A DNA stretch of 64,000 nt from a virus, in the IMG/VR virus record IMGVR_UViG_3300025693_000002; one strand, given 5' to 3'. A program made the translations under genes and the position numbers. This document shows, one piece after another, positions 50,944-58,604 of the stretch; positions within the stretch are counted from its first letter, which is position 1; every line of letters begins with the position of its first letter. The notes below the pieces were generated by a model. It was not told where the DNA came from, did not search any database, and saw only the letters and a program-made list of their open reading frames with translations.

Positions 50944-51495
50944 TTACTTGTAAATATCGAGCAGCGCTTTTAATACTGCACTGTCATAATTAAAAGTTAC
51001 TTTCTTTTCGTCTTTGTTGTAATTAGCAGCGTTATAGAAGACTGCGCAAGTTTTAAAGTATCCTGCTTGCGTGTCTGTTTTGTGCTGCATCTCACGTTGA
51101 ATTTGCGCGATTGTGAGCGACGCTTCACGCTTTGCAGCGATGCGCTGCAGCAGCGCGTCAAGCGCGTTGTCTTTGACGCGCTGCGAGTGCGCGATTGCTT
51201 CGAGAATCGCGATCGAGCGCTTTTTCAGTTCGCGCGATTGCGATGCTAGCGCGTTCGCATCTACTTTATACTTCGTCAGCAGTGCGAGCGCTTTGTCGCT
51301 CATGCTGCTAAGCGCTTCGTTGTAACGCTCATGAGTGCGAGCGCGCATGAATTGCTTTTCATGCTCTGCGCGCTCTTCGTCGTTTTGTGCAACTTCGATG
51401 CGCGCTTGCGCTTGCTCTTTAACGTCGCGTTCGTTTGTTGCTGCTGCTGCGAATGCGTTTTTCAGGGCTTCGATTGCTTTGTTAGTAGTAGTCAT
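50944..51495 (-). CDS. hypothetical helical protein (atypical composition)
   Basis: 183 aa with lower GC and different codon usage from neighbouring genes. ATCAGCTAAAC leader motif upstream and a strong terminator downstream. Confidence 0.6.
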   Translation of the reverse strand: MTTTNKAIEALKNAFAAAATNERDVKEQAQARIEVAQNDEERAEHEKQFMRARTHERYNEALSSMSDKALALLTKYKVDANALASQSRELKKRSIAILEAIAHSQRVKDNALDALLQRIAAKREASLTIAQIQREMQHKTDTQAGYFKTCAVFYNAANYNKDEKKVTFNYDSAVLKALLDIYK

Positions 51496-51539
51496 TTTTC
51501 GTTCTCACTTTGTTTAGCTGATTAGTTTTAGTTTTTACT

Positions 51540-51800
51540 GCTTTGCTGCTCTCACGACGTAGCATTATTTCAGCGCGTCTCGCGAGGTCAGACTTGATCA
51601 AGTTTTTAAAGAGCGTGTCGTTGTTCGACGTGACTATAGTCTCAAATGCTGCGATTCATTGCAAGCGTTATTTTGAAATTTTTTTAGGTTTTTTCGTCTT
51701 TTTTTCTGATCAAAAAATGATCAAAAATAATTCAAAAAAATTTCATTTCAGCGCTTGCGTTCTTCATTGCAAGCGCTATAATGAACACATAAACAGCAGA
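51540..51800. other. extremely AT-rich non-coding segment (candidate DNA unwinding element)
   Basis: Runs of A/T (ttttgaaatttttttaggttttttcgtctttttttctgatcaaaaaatgatcaaaaataattcaaaaaaatttc) directly abut the GC-rich iteron block. Confidence 0.4.
51755..51782 (+). promoter_or_regulatory. sigma70-like promoter firing into the GC-rich iteron block
   Basis: TTGCGT-16-TATAAT on the plus strand. Embedded in the inverted repeat AGCGCTTGC/GCAAGCGCT. Confidence 0.4.
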
Positions 51801-51994
51801 CAGCGAGACACTGAAATGAACGACACTAGCTAGCACGAACCTCGCGACGCGCGACGTGACATCGCGCGACTCCCGCCGAGACAGTCAATCCGGCGGCGAG
51901 ACCCTGGAACCAGCCCGGACGCTGCCGCCCCGACGCGAAAGACGGCGCCCCTGGCACCCCGACGGTGCGCAAGCGCGGCAGAGTGGTTTTTTGG

Positions 51995-52137
51995 CGGTGC
52001 GGAACCGGGTTCCATCTGGCGGAACCCAGGCCCGAAAAACCGCCGCGGCGCGCAGTTCCGCCTGGCGGAAAAACCGTCCATCTGGCGGAACCCGCCTGGC
52101 AAAACCCTTGACCGCCTGGCGGAACGGGTTTCCGCCT
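51995..52137. repeat. iteron-like CTGGCGGAA repeats, including the 15-bp palindrome TTCCGCCTGGCGGAA
   Basis: Copies at 52016, 52062, 52082 and 52117, with degenerate copies at 51997 and 52096. Inverted half-sites at 52056 and 52130. The perfect palindrome spans 52056..52070. Confidence 0.8.
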
Positions 52138-52283
52138 ATAGGGCCGGCGGCCCGATTGGGCCACGGCCCCCTGCCGCGGCGCGGGTGAGCGGAAAACCGG
52201 GCGCCAGTCCTATATGGCGCGCCATAGGCGGTCCCAGTCCTAAATCGGCCCCTATGGCGATCCCAAACTTCCCACGGCTGATA

Positions 52284-52317
52284 TAAACGGCAAAACAGCG
52301 AACACATGGCTCGCTGT
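52284..52317 (-). terminator. intrinsic terminator after ORF 52333..52569
   Basis: Minus strand ACAGCGA-GCCATGTGT-TCGCTGT-TTTGCCGTTT. Confidence 0.6.
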
Positions 52318-52332
52318 CTTGAGTGCGGCGGA

Positions 52333-52569
52333 TTAGAACTCGATGGGATGGTTGAGCATGTCTTGCGGCACTTCGTCGAAGTGGTTCTCGTACAGCTCGG
52401 CATAAGCAAGCTGTTCTGGCGACAGAGTAAGACTGTTCTGGCACTTTGCTTCGTACAAGACGGCAAACAAACTGGCATCGACGGTTTTGCGCTCAGTGGT
52501 GGTCACTTCAACGGTGAACTCGTCGGTGGCTTCATTGTAGTCAACGGCAATAATCTGGTTCTTTTGCAT
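52333..52569 (-). CDS. hypothetical protein
   Basis: 78 aa from ATG 52569. The upstream part of the ORF-track call covers promoter and leader elements. Confidence 0.45.
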   Translation of the reverse strand: MQKNQIIAVDYNEATDEFTVEVTTTERKTVDASLFAVLYEAKCQNSLTLSPEQLAYAELYENHFDEVPQDMLNHPIEF

Positions 52570-52733
52570 TTTCTGGTTCTCATTTAGCTGATGGCTGCAG
52601 TCTAGCGCTGCAGTAAGAGCATTATATAGCGCTGAGACTGGCAAATCTTGCGCTGGTGAGCTTTTCTTGATGTTTCCCAAGGGGATGTACTGGGTACAGC
52701 GCCACGGCTCTTATAGCGCTTTATACGAGTGCG

Positions 52734-52763
52734 CCCGTGGCCGGAATTTGGTGGACTGGACTC
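52734..52763. repeat. 30-bp repeat CCCGTGGCCGGAATTTGGTGGACTGGACTC (copy A)
   Basis: 28/30 identical to 55210..55239. A partial third copy GCCGGAATCTCAAGGACTGGACT lies at 52781..52803. Confidence 0.85.
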
Positions 52764-52801
52764 CGGCACACATGCGTGTAGCCGGAATCTCAAGGACTGG
52801 A

Positions 52802-53050
52802 CTATGCAGCCAGCTGATCGTCGAGGTAAGCGTTGATCTGGCCTTTTACAAAGGCGGTGGCAGCTGCCGGGTCAAGAAACTTTTCCTGGTGAACGATTTG
52901 ACGGTCACACACTTGATACTGGGTCACAAGGGTGCCTCCCAGCTCAAGGTGATCAACCAGGAAGCGATCCCCCATAAAATCGATCACGGTGTCAGCGTCA
53001 CTGGTCAGATCAGCGACTTCTTGTGCGGTGAGATAGACAAACTGGCTCAT
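52802..53050 (-). CDS. hypothetical protein
   Basis: 82 aa, GGGGGTG SD upstream. Confidence 0.5.
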   Translation of the reverse strand: MSQFVYLTAQEVADLTSDADTVIDFMGDRFLVDHLELGGTLVTQYQVCDRQIVHQEKFLDPAAATAFVKGQINAYLDDQLAA

Positions 53051-53051
53051 A

Positions 53052-53336
53052 TCACCCCCGAATCAGTGCAAAGCGTTCTTTGGTACGCGACACCGGCTCT
53101 TGCTTGAAGGTGTCAGCCTGGTAAGTGCCGTTTTCGACTTCTTTGAGGTAGTTTTCCCACTCTTCTTGCTTGAGGTTGTGAACCTTGTGGTGAACCCCCA
53201 GCTGTATCTTCTCCCGCACATTGCACGACGACAAACTGGCGTAGCGCACGACTTCGCGGCCGGACTCTTCAAATTGCTTGGTAGCAGTAGCCAGCAGATC
53301 ACGCAGCTCGGCTTTATTCATGGTGCAGATTCCCAT
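53052..53336 (-). CDS. hypothetical protein
   Basis: 94 aa, with the conserved leader (hairpin plus ATCAGCTAAAC) upstream. Confidence 0.5.
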   Translation of the reverse strand: MGICTMNKAELRDLLATATKQFEESGREVVRYASLSSCNVREKIQLGVHHKVHNLKQEEWENYLKEVENGTYQADTFKQEPVSRTKERFALIRG

Positions 53337-53496
53337 AATTCAGTTCCCATTTCTGTTTAGCTGATTGATGCCGCAGCGTCTAATGCGCTGCTGTGTGTAG
53401 TGTATCAAGTCAGTAACGGCATAGTTAGCTGGGATAGTGGCGTTTCACAATTGCCGTGGTCACAGATCAGCCGCGGCACATGACTGAGCAAGACAA

Positions 53497-53513
53497 ACCC
53501 GGTTATCCCGGGT
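53497..53513 (-). terminator. conserved hairpin ACCCGG-TTATC-CCGGGT after ORF 53526..53864
   Basis: The same element recurs at 54000..54014. The U-rich tail is weak. Confidence 0.35.
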
Positions 53514-53525
53514 CTGCTCTCTGGT

Positions 53526-53864
53526 TTAGGCGGCGAGCTGCTGCTGAATCTTTTCAAGGTGCTCAATGGCATGAGCGTGGCTGCGATGCTCTGCGTGGCT
53601 GCGCAGCAGCAAACTGGCTGCAGCAAACTCCCAGACAACAACGGGCCAGATCAGACCTCCCGTAAAACGACTGTCACGCAGAATCAGGTAAATACTGCCG
53701 TTGAACTCATGCCGGCTCAGACAATCGCTGTCGTTGGCGAGCATGTTGAACATCTGCTCTTCGCGGCTCTCTACGAGGTCTTCCCATTCACGCTCTTCTT
53801 GGCGGTCAAGCGCGTCGAGGTAAGCCAGGTCTTCGTCGGTAGGGATTTCGATTTGGTAGGACAT
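53526..53864 (-). CDS. hypothetical acidic protein
   Basis: 112 aa from ATG 53864 (GGGAGAG SD), with the conserved leader upstream. Confidence 0.5.
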   Translation of the reverse strand: MSYQIEIPTDEDLAYLDALDRQEEREWEDLVESREEQMFNMLANDSDCLSRHEFNGSIYLILRDSRFTGGLIWPVVVWEFAAASLLLRSHAEHRSHAHAIEHLEKIQQQLAA

Positions 53865-53999
53865 GGGACTCTCCCGGTTAGCTGATATACACGGCAGCTG
53901 TCTTGCTGCTCTGCGTGTATTGTCTCGCGCTAAACGTGGGGAGTCGGGCTTGGGACGTGGCAATCGTATATTTGCCGCGGCACGTTTTTGAGGCCAAGA

Positions 54000-54014
54000 C
54001 CCGGTTATCCCGGG
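54000..54014 (-). terminator. conserved hairpin CCCGG-TTATC-CCGGG after ORF 54029..54370
   Basis: Second copy of the 53497 element. Confidence 0.35.
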
Positions 54015-54028
54015 CCTGGTGTTACTGG

Positions 54029-54370
54029 TTACAAACCGTGCTGCTCACGCGCCTCTTCTTCGAGACTTTCGTGGTCGATCTTGACGATTTCAACCAAGCA
54101 ATCGAGCGCTTGAAACGGCGTCAAGAACTCAAGCGCGGTGTGCATGTGAACGTACTCACCGTCTGTCCCTGTGAACCAGAAAGCGAAGTAAGTGCCGTCG
54201 TATTCAACAACAAAGCCGTCATCGCCTTTGTCGCCAACTTTCATGACAATCTGGTTTTGCATTTCTGCGAGCCAAAACGCATAACGCGAGGCGGACAGCA
54301 TGTCGCAGTGGAAGTCTTTTACGGCCAGCGCAACAGCAATGTTTTTGGGGTTAGATTTGGCGTTTAGCAT
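54029..54370 (-). CDS. hypothetical protein
   Basis: 113 aa from ATG 54370, with the leader hairpin upstream. Confidence 0.5.
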   Translation of the reverse strand: MLNAKSNPKNIAVALAVKDFHCDMLSASRYAFWLAEMQNQIVMKVGDKGDDGFVVEYDGTYFAFWFTGTDGEYVHMHTALEFLTPFQALDCLVEIVKIDHESLEEEAREQHGL

Positions 54371-54741
54371 GATGTTCTCTCGGTTGTGTGCGCCGTCTCG
54401 TGCAGCGCATCTATGTATAGTGTGACTGAGCAAACACGGCATGTATCACGCGGGGCGTGGGAGCCGCTTAAATGCCGGAAACGTGATAGCCGTGGGATTA
54501 CCGGGTTATGGCGGAGCCACGGTTGAACCACGGCTAAGCCACACTCCGGGATTGCCACGGCAGGGTAATGGCTCAGCAGATCACGGTTGCGCCACGGTGG
54601 AGCCGCGGGACGTGATGGGAGACTGCGGGAACGTGGCAAATGGTTCTGCCTCAACCGCTCTGCTCGGGAAGGGCGCCATATAATAAAAGGCCGCCATAGG
54701 AATTTTCGAGCCACGGCTCTGCCAAGGTACACACGAGAACC

Positions 54742-54776
54742 AAAAAAAGACCCAATCAAGCAAGCTCAATTGGGTC
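54742..54776 (-). terminator. intrinsic terminator
   Basis: Minus strand GACCCAAT-(12 nt)-ATTGGGTC-TTTTTTT. Confidence 0.75.
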
Positions 54777-55045
54777 AAAGCCACTGTGAGAGTGACATCA
54801 GCTAAGTGACGGGTATTAACGCCCCGCGTCGGCGTGAATCCGGGTGTAACTGGTAAGCCTGGGATAAAACCTGGTTAAACAGTTTACGGGTTTTTCCTGG
54901 TTTCGTTTTTTTACTTTAAGTGCTTGCTAAGGCTCTTAGTCTAACCAATCTAACCTTCTCTACTCTATATCGGCTTTGTCCTATTCCCCGCTCTACTCTC
55001 CTTGACTTACCTAGTTCAGCGCTGTCTGTCTGCGCTCTCGATGAA
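54742..55045 (-). ncRNA. candidate ~300-nt non-coding transcript
   Basis: Bounded by a TATAGT -10 at 55055..55050, the early-leader-type hairpin at 55017..55037, and the intrinsic terminator at 54742..54776. The longest ORFs inside are 10 codons or fewer. Confidence 0.4.
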
Positions 55046-55049
55046 ATGA

Positions 55050-55055
55050 ACTATA
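55050..55055 (-). promoter_or_regulatory. -10 element TATAGT of the candidate ncRNA
   Basis: Same spacing to the leader hairpin as in the neighbouring early units. Confidence 0.3.
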
Positions 55056-55209
55056 CAGACTGACTACTGGTGAGTCTCGTAGAGGGTATGGGGAACAGTT
55101 GATTGCCGATGGCAGTAGTCTGGAGCCGCGGGAGAGGAACAATCCTATACTAGCCACGGCTAAACCTTGGCATAGGCACACACCACGGCAGGTAGGTAAT
55201 CAGGCGTCA

Positions 55210-55239
55210 CCCGTGGCCGGAATTTGCCGGACTGGACTC
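55210..55239. repeat. 30-bp repeat (copy C)
   Basis: CCCGTGGCCGGAATTTGCCGGACTGGACTC. Confidence 0.85.
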
Positions 55240-55384
55240 TTTGGAAAAGCCTGATATCGGAAGACCGTGGGTGTCTATAACCGTAAGAGAGAATGGGAGT
55301 GAGTGTGGGATGGTGTGTGGAATGGGAGCGTGGGTGTGTAAGAGAATTTCTGGGAGCGGTGAACGCACGATGATTTGAATACAA

Positions 55385-55575
55385 CCCCACCACAAATCCT
55401 TACTACGTTTCCTTACTCTCTTGCTTACCCCTTACCTACGTTCCCTAACCCACCACAAATCCTTACCCTCTTCTCTTACACGTTATCTACTCTCCCTATA
55501 CGCTACCCTTACCCTCTCCCTATGCCTTACCTTCTTCTCTCCTCTACCTATTCTTCACTCCCATACGTTCTATCC
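55385..55575. repeat. strand-asymmetric polypyrimidine tract with repeated CCTTAC and an 18-mer duplicated 63 bp apart
   Basis: CCCACCACAAATCCTTAC occurs at 55386..55403 and 55449..55466. CCTTAC occurs about 7 times. The left flank (55260..55365) is the G/T-rich partial complement (GTAAGAGA). Confidence 0.75.
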
Positions 55576-56112
55576 CTACTCCGGTATCCAGTTCTTTCTC
55601 AGAAGGTGGTTGATATCGATCACGTTGCTTTTGGTGTATTCTCCTTCGGAAATCCATACCGGGAGTGGATTTTCTTCATCGTCTTTTGGGTGTATCTGGC
55701 TCAAGAACATCAGATATTCTTCCGGGGTTTCGATTTCAATGTATTGAGCCAGAACTTCGTGGTATCCGAGTAATTCTCCTTCCTGTATGTCTTCTTTCCA
55801 TTGGGAGATTGGATAGACTTCATTGCCTTTGGGGTATTCACGAATCAAGTGATCCACGAACCGTTGGTGATTTGTGCGGAACGGGATCAGGGTTGTTGGG
55901 TTTGCAGCTGTTTCGAGAGGTATAAAGGATTCATCAGGTTCACCGCGTTTCAGCCAGAACCCCGGGGTTTCGTCTTTGACTGTTATAAATACGGGATAGG
56001 CTGTAGTTTCGCCTCCCGGCGTGTGTTCTTTGAGGAACCAGTATCCTTCGCCGAGGGTGTAGATTTTGTTTTCGAGGTCGAGTTCGACGAGGTCTCTTGC
56101 TTCTGTGCTCAT
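55576..56112 (-). CDS. hypothetical protein
   Basis: 178 aa, AAGGAG SD. Confidence 0.55.
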   Translation of the reverse strand: MSTEARDLVELDLENKIYTLGEGYWFLKEHTPGGETTAYPVFITVKDETPGFWLKRGEPDESFIPLETAANPTTLIPFRTNHQRFVDHLIREYPKGNEVYPISQWKEDIQEGELLGYHEVLAQYIEIETPEEYLMFLSQIHPKDDEENPLPVWISEGEYTKSNVIDINHLLRKNWIPE

Positions 56113-56196
56113 GGCTATCTCCTTGAGGTGGAGATAGCACAGAAGCTCAGATTTTGGCTGGAGTCAATCAAACTACACCCTTCCCAGGCATTTGCG

Positions 56197-56523
56197 TCAT
56201 GCGAAGGCTCCGAACGATGCCGGTCTTTCTGAGTTCAGGTATTTGATCTCATTGGTGATCCGGGTGATCTCTTGTTTGGCTGTTTCTGCTCTATCAGCCA
56301 TGACTCGATATTCTTCCTGGCATTCGTTGAGAACCTGTTTTGTGGCTTTGATCGCACCATATAGAGACGGAGCTTCTATGGTGCAGGCTTCTAGTCGTTT
56401 CAGGCATTCATCGATGTTTTGGGTTTCCAGGTACAGAACGCTTTGTTGGTCACTGCATTTTTTAAGGTAAGCGGTTGCGTCTTGTAGGCTTCTGGTTAGC
56501 TGCTTGATTCTTTCTTGGTTCAT
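56197..56523 (-). CDS. hypothetical coiled-coil protein ending in SFGAFA
   Basis: 108 aa, ATGA coupling upstream. Confidence 0.55.
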   Translation of the reverse strand: MNQERIKQLTRSLQDATAYLKKCSDQQSVLYLETQNIDECLKRLEACTIEAPSLYGAIKATKQVLNECQEEYRVMADRAETAKQEITRITNEIKYLNSERPASFGAFA

Positions 56524-56999
56524 GAGAAAGCTCCGAACGAGTCAGGTCGTTTTGCGGGCTTGGTTTTCGCAACCATAGGGTCTTTCATCTGCAGGATCGG
56601 CTGAGCTTCGAGTTTGGTTCTGACTTGTCCGTAGAGGGCGCTATCTACTCCCAGAAACGCACAGAAAGCGTGAACAGCGTCGGGTAGCGTCGGGTAAGAG
56701 CAGTGCTCTTCCGGTGCATCGAAGAGAAAGTCATCCAGGTCTGCGTACTTCAAGACCCAGAAGCCTTCTATGGCTGTCTCAACGGTGAAGACGCTCTTGT
56801 CTTCCATCTGAATAATGGCGATCAGGTTTGATTCGTCCGTCACTTCGCTGCGAAAGTGCGCGCTGCCGGGCGGGGTGAAGCGGTCGAAGATATCTTCAAC
56901 GACCTTCTCGTGGCCGTGCTCATTTCTGGTGATCAGCTGATCGAGCCAATAACAGCCGTCAGGCAGTCTTGGTAGGTAGTATCTAACGTCGGTAGTCAT
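56520..56999 (-). CDS. hypothetical protein ending in SFGAFS
   Basis: 159 aa, ATGA coupling on both sides. Confidence 0.55.
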   Translation of the reverse strand: MTTDVRYYLPRLPDGCYWLDQLITRNEHGHEKVVEDIFDRFTPPGSAHFRSEVTDESNLIAIIQMEDKSVFTVETAIEGFWVLKYADLDDFLFDAPEEHCSYPTLPDAVHAFCAFLGVDSALYGQVRTKLEAQPILQMKDPMVAKTKPAKRPDSFGAFS

Positions 57000-57451
57000 G
57001 AGAAGGCTCCAAACGATTCAGGTTTATTGGCTTGCTTGAGGGCGGCCGGGTCGTTGCTGGTGTAGTCGTAGTCCAGGTAAAGCCCTCTGAACGTATCGCC
57101 TTTTCTACGCATGAGCCTGAACAGGCTCTTGAGCGACCGGGTTTTGAACAGTGTGACGGCTTTTTCTCCACCCTTGATTCGGCGTATGAAGCTCCAATTG
57201 CCATCGCTGTCGCCAATCACCTCAACGGTGTAGGTGAAGTAGTTGCCGTAGCTGCGTATGTAGATCATGGACGCCTTGTCTTCGAGCATCCTGGGCGACC
57301 CGTCGTCGTATACGGGCCACAGCTCTCGCACTCCAACTTCGTCAGGACGAGGGTCGTCACCAAGCGTTAGATAGAGGCTCAGATAAAGGCGAAGCTCTTC
57401 GACGGCGCTTTCAGTTAGCTCAAGCCATCCGGGTTTTCTTAGTGGATTCAT
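56996..57451 (-). CDS. hypothetical protein ending in SFGAFS
   Basis: 151 aa from ATG 57451. The ORF-track N-terminus runs through palindrome motif 57501..57521. Confidence 0.5.
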   Translation of the reverse strand: MNPLRKPGWLELTESAVEELRLYLSLYLTLGDDPRPDEVGVRELWPVYDDGSPRMLEDKASMIYIRSYGNYFTYTVEVIGDSDGNWSFIRRIKGGEKAVTLFKTRSLKSLFRLMRRKGDTFRGLYLDYDYTSNDPAALKQANKPESFGAFS

Positions 57452-57500
57452 GATTGGTTCCGGGTATTGGGAGAAGCCAAGCTCCCAGTGTTTTATATAT

Positions 57501-57521
57501 CTACTAACTAACTTATTAGTA
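57501..57521. promoter_or_regulatory. palindrome motif
   Basis: Sense strand TACTAATAAGTTAGTTAGTAG followed by ATATATAAAAC, about 50 nt upstream of ATG 57451. Confidence 0.45.
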
Positions 57522-57879
57522 TTGTGACAGCTAGGTCTTGGGAAGTCATCACACCCGGATTTGGATGTGTAAATTGCCGACGCCCTAGAACGCTCTATAA
57601 GCGTCGGTAAACGCTGAGTGCTATCTGCGTATTCGTTTTGTGTTCCCGTTGCGTCAGCGAGCAAATTGAGCGCTTCCCGACGACGCAAAATAGCTTATCA
57701 GCGCTGAGCGAGCAGTTTGCTCCCGAGCATGAACATGGGATTAACATTTGTTGCGGTTTTGACGGGGGAAAGTCGAGTGATCATGCGGGTTACAGCCAAG
57801 AAACCGCTGACCTTTGTTATGTTCAAGGTCAACGGTTGTCGAGGGGTATTTCGAGGGTGAAAAGCTAGAGGTTATAACC

Positions 57880-58245
57880 TTAGAAGGTCATTTTTGAAAC
57901 TAATCGCTTGCAATCGGCAGCCAGGGCAGAAATCTTTCTCACTGTATTCTCATGCCCTTCTTCGGCATCACTGTAAAACGAGTAGCGAACCATATCAAAG
58001 CGGTCGTCAACGGTCAGTCTTTCGGTGTCGGCATCGATGGTAAACACTATCGTTTCAAACAGCAGAGGCAAGCCTGAGCCGAACTGGTGATTCAGTCCAA
58101 TGAAGACCGTCGAGACAAGGCAGTCGGAATCCGGGACAGTGGTCTGCTTGACCACTCGGTCTTCTGACGCCATGAAGATAGCCCACTCCATCAGGTCGTC
58201 GCACGGATAGGCGATCTTGTCTTTGAGGATGTATTTCAGGCTCAT
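57880..58245 (-). CDS. hypothetical protein
   Basis: 121 aa from ATG 58245 (GGAG 6 nt upstream). Confidence 0.5.
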   Translation of the reverse strand: MSLKYILKDKIAYPCDDLMEWAIFMASEDRVVKQTTVPDSDCLVSTVFIGLNHQFGSGLPLLFETIVFTIDADTERLTVDDRFDMVRYSFYSDAEEGHENTVRKISALAADCKRLVSKMTF

Positions 58246-58255
58246 GGCTGCTCCA

Positions 58256-58603
58256 TCACTGGCTGAACCGTTTAACGAGCTTGTCGTACACAGCTTGGCT
58301 CGTTGCGGGGCGATCACCGGCTAACCATTTAACCACCGGCTGTCGCATATCGTCGAGGTGATCCAGGTCTTCCCAGGCCCAGGCGTCAATCTCGTCATCG
58401 TCAGCCTCGAACGGATAGGCTCCGACCAGGCTGTACTTACCCTCGCATTCAGCGTCTGGAACCACAGCAAGCAGAAACTCAGCGTCGGCGATATGAGCGT
58501 ATCTCGGGCCTTCACCCATCATGAGAATTTCGGCAACCAGGAAGCACAAGTCTTGCTCGACTTTCGGCAGGTATTTGGCGTACTTGAATTGATCACTGGT
58601 CAT
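58256..58603 (-). CDS. hypothetical acidic protein
   Basis: 115-aa ORF. Confidence 0.5.
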   Translation of the reverse strand: MTSDQFKYAKYLPKVEQDLCFLVAEILMMGEGPRYAHIADAEFLLAVVPDAECEGKYSLVGAYPFEADDDEIDAWAWEDLDHLDDMRQPVVKWLAGDRPATSQAVYDKLVKRFSQ

Positions 58604-58604
58604 T

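Larger units (their letters stand above)
54484..55200. repeat. dispersed GCCACGG(C/T)T repeats in the 1.1-kb non-coding region
   Basis: At least 9 direct copies (54506, 54517, 54554, 54580, 54590, 54600 variant, 54710, 55152, 55182) plus inverted copies (54489, 55211, 55265). One further copy lies at 52701. Confidence 0.7.

Noticed and set aside
51995-52137. Repeated CTGGCGGAA units considered as a CRISPR array.
   Set aside because: The repeats are only 9-15 bp with irregular 9-40-bp spacing and include inverted copies. No cas genes are present. The architecture is iteron- or operator-like.
51826-52478. Overlapping ORFs on both strands (51826..52164, 51856..52188, 51885..52478, 52136..52444) in the GC-rich block.
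   Set aside because: All frames are open simply because stop codons are rare at this GC content. The translations are Arg/Pro/Gly-rich with no SD or coupling, and the DNA is made of iterons and palindromes. Treated as non-coding.
54364-54805. ORFs 54364..54759 (131 aa), 54441..54683, 54581..54784 and 54587..54805.
   Set aside because: The translations are Arg/Pro/Ser-rich and non-protein-like on both strands. They overlap a repeat array and a terminator and have no SD.
55160-55773. ORFs 55160..55393, 55207..55395, 55375..55773 and 55421..55747.
   Set aside because: Their translations come from the polypyrimidine or GT-rich tracts (Leu/Pro/Ser/Thr/Tyr low complexity). The plus-strand ones run antisense into the well-supported gene 55576..56112.
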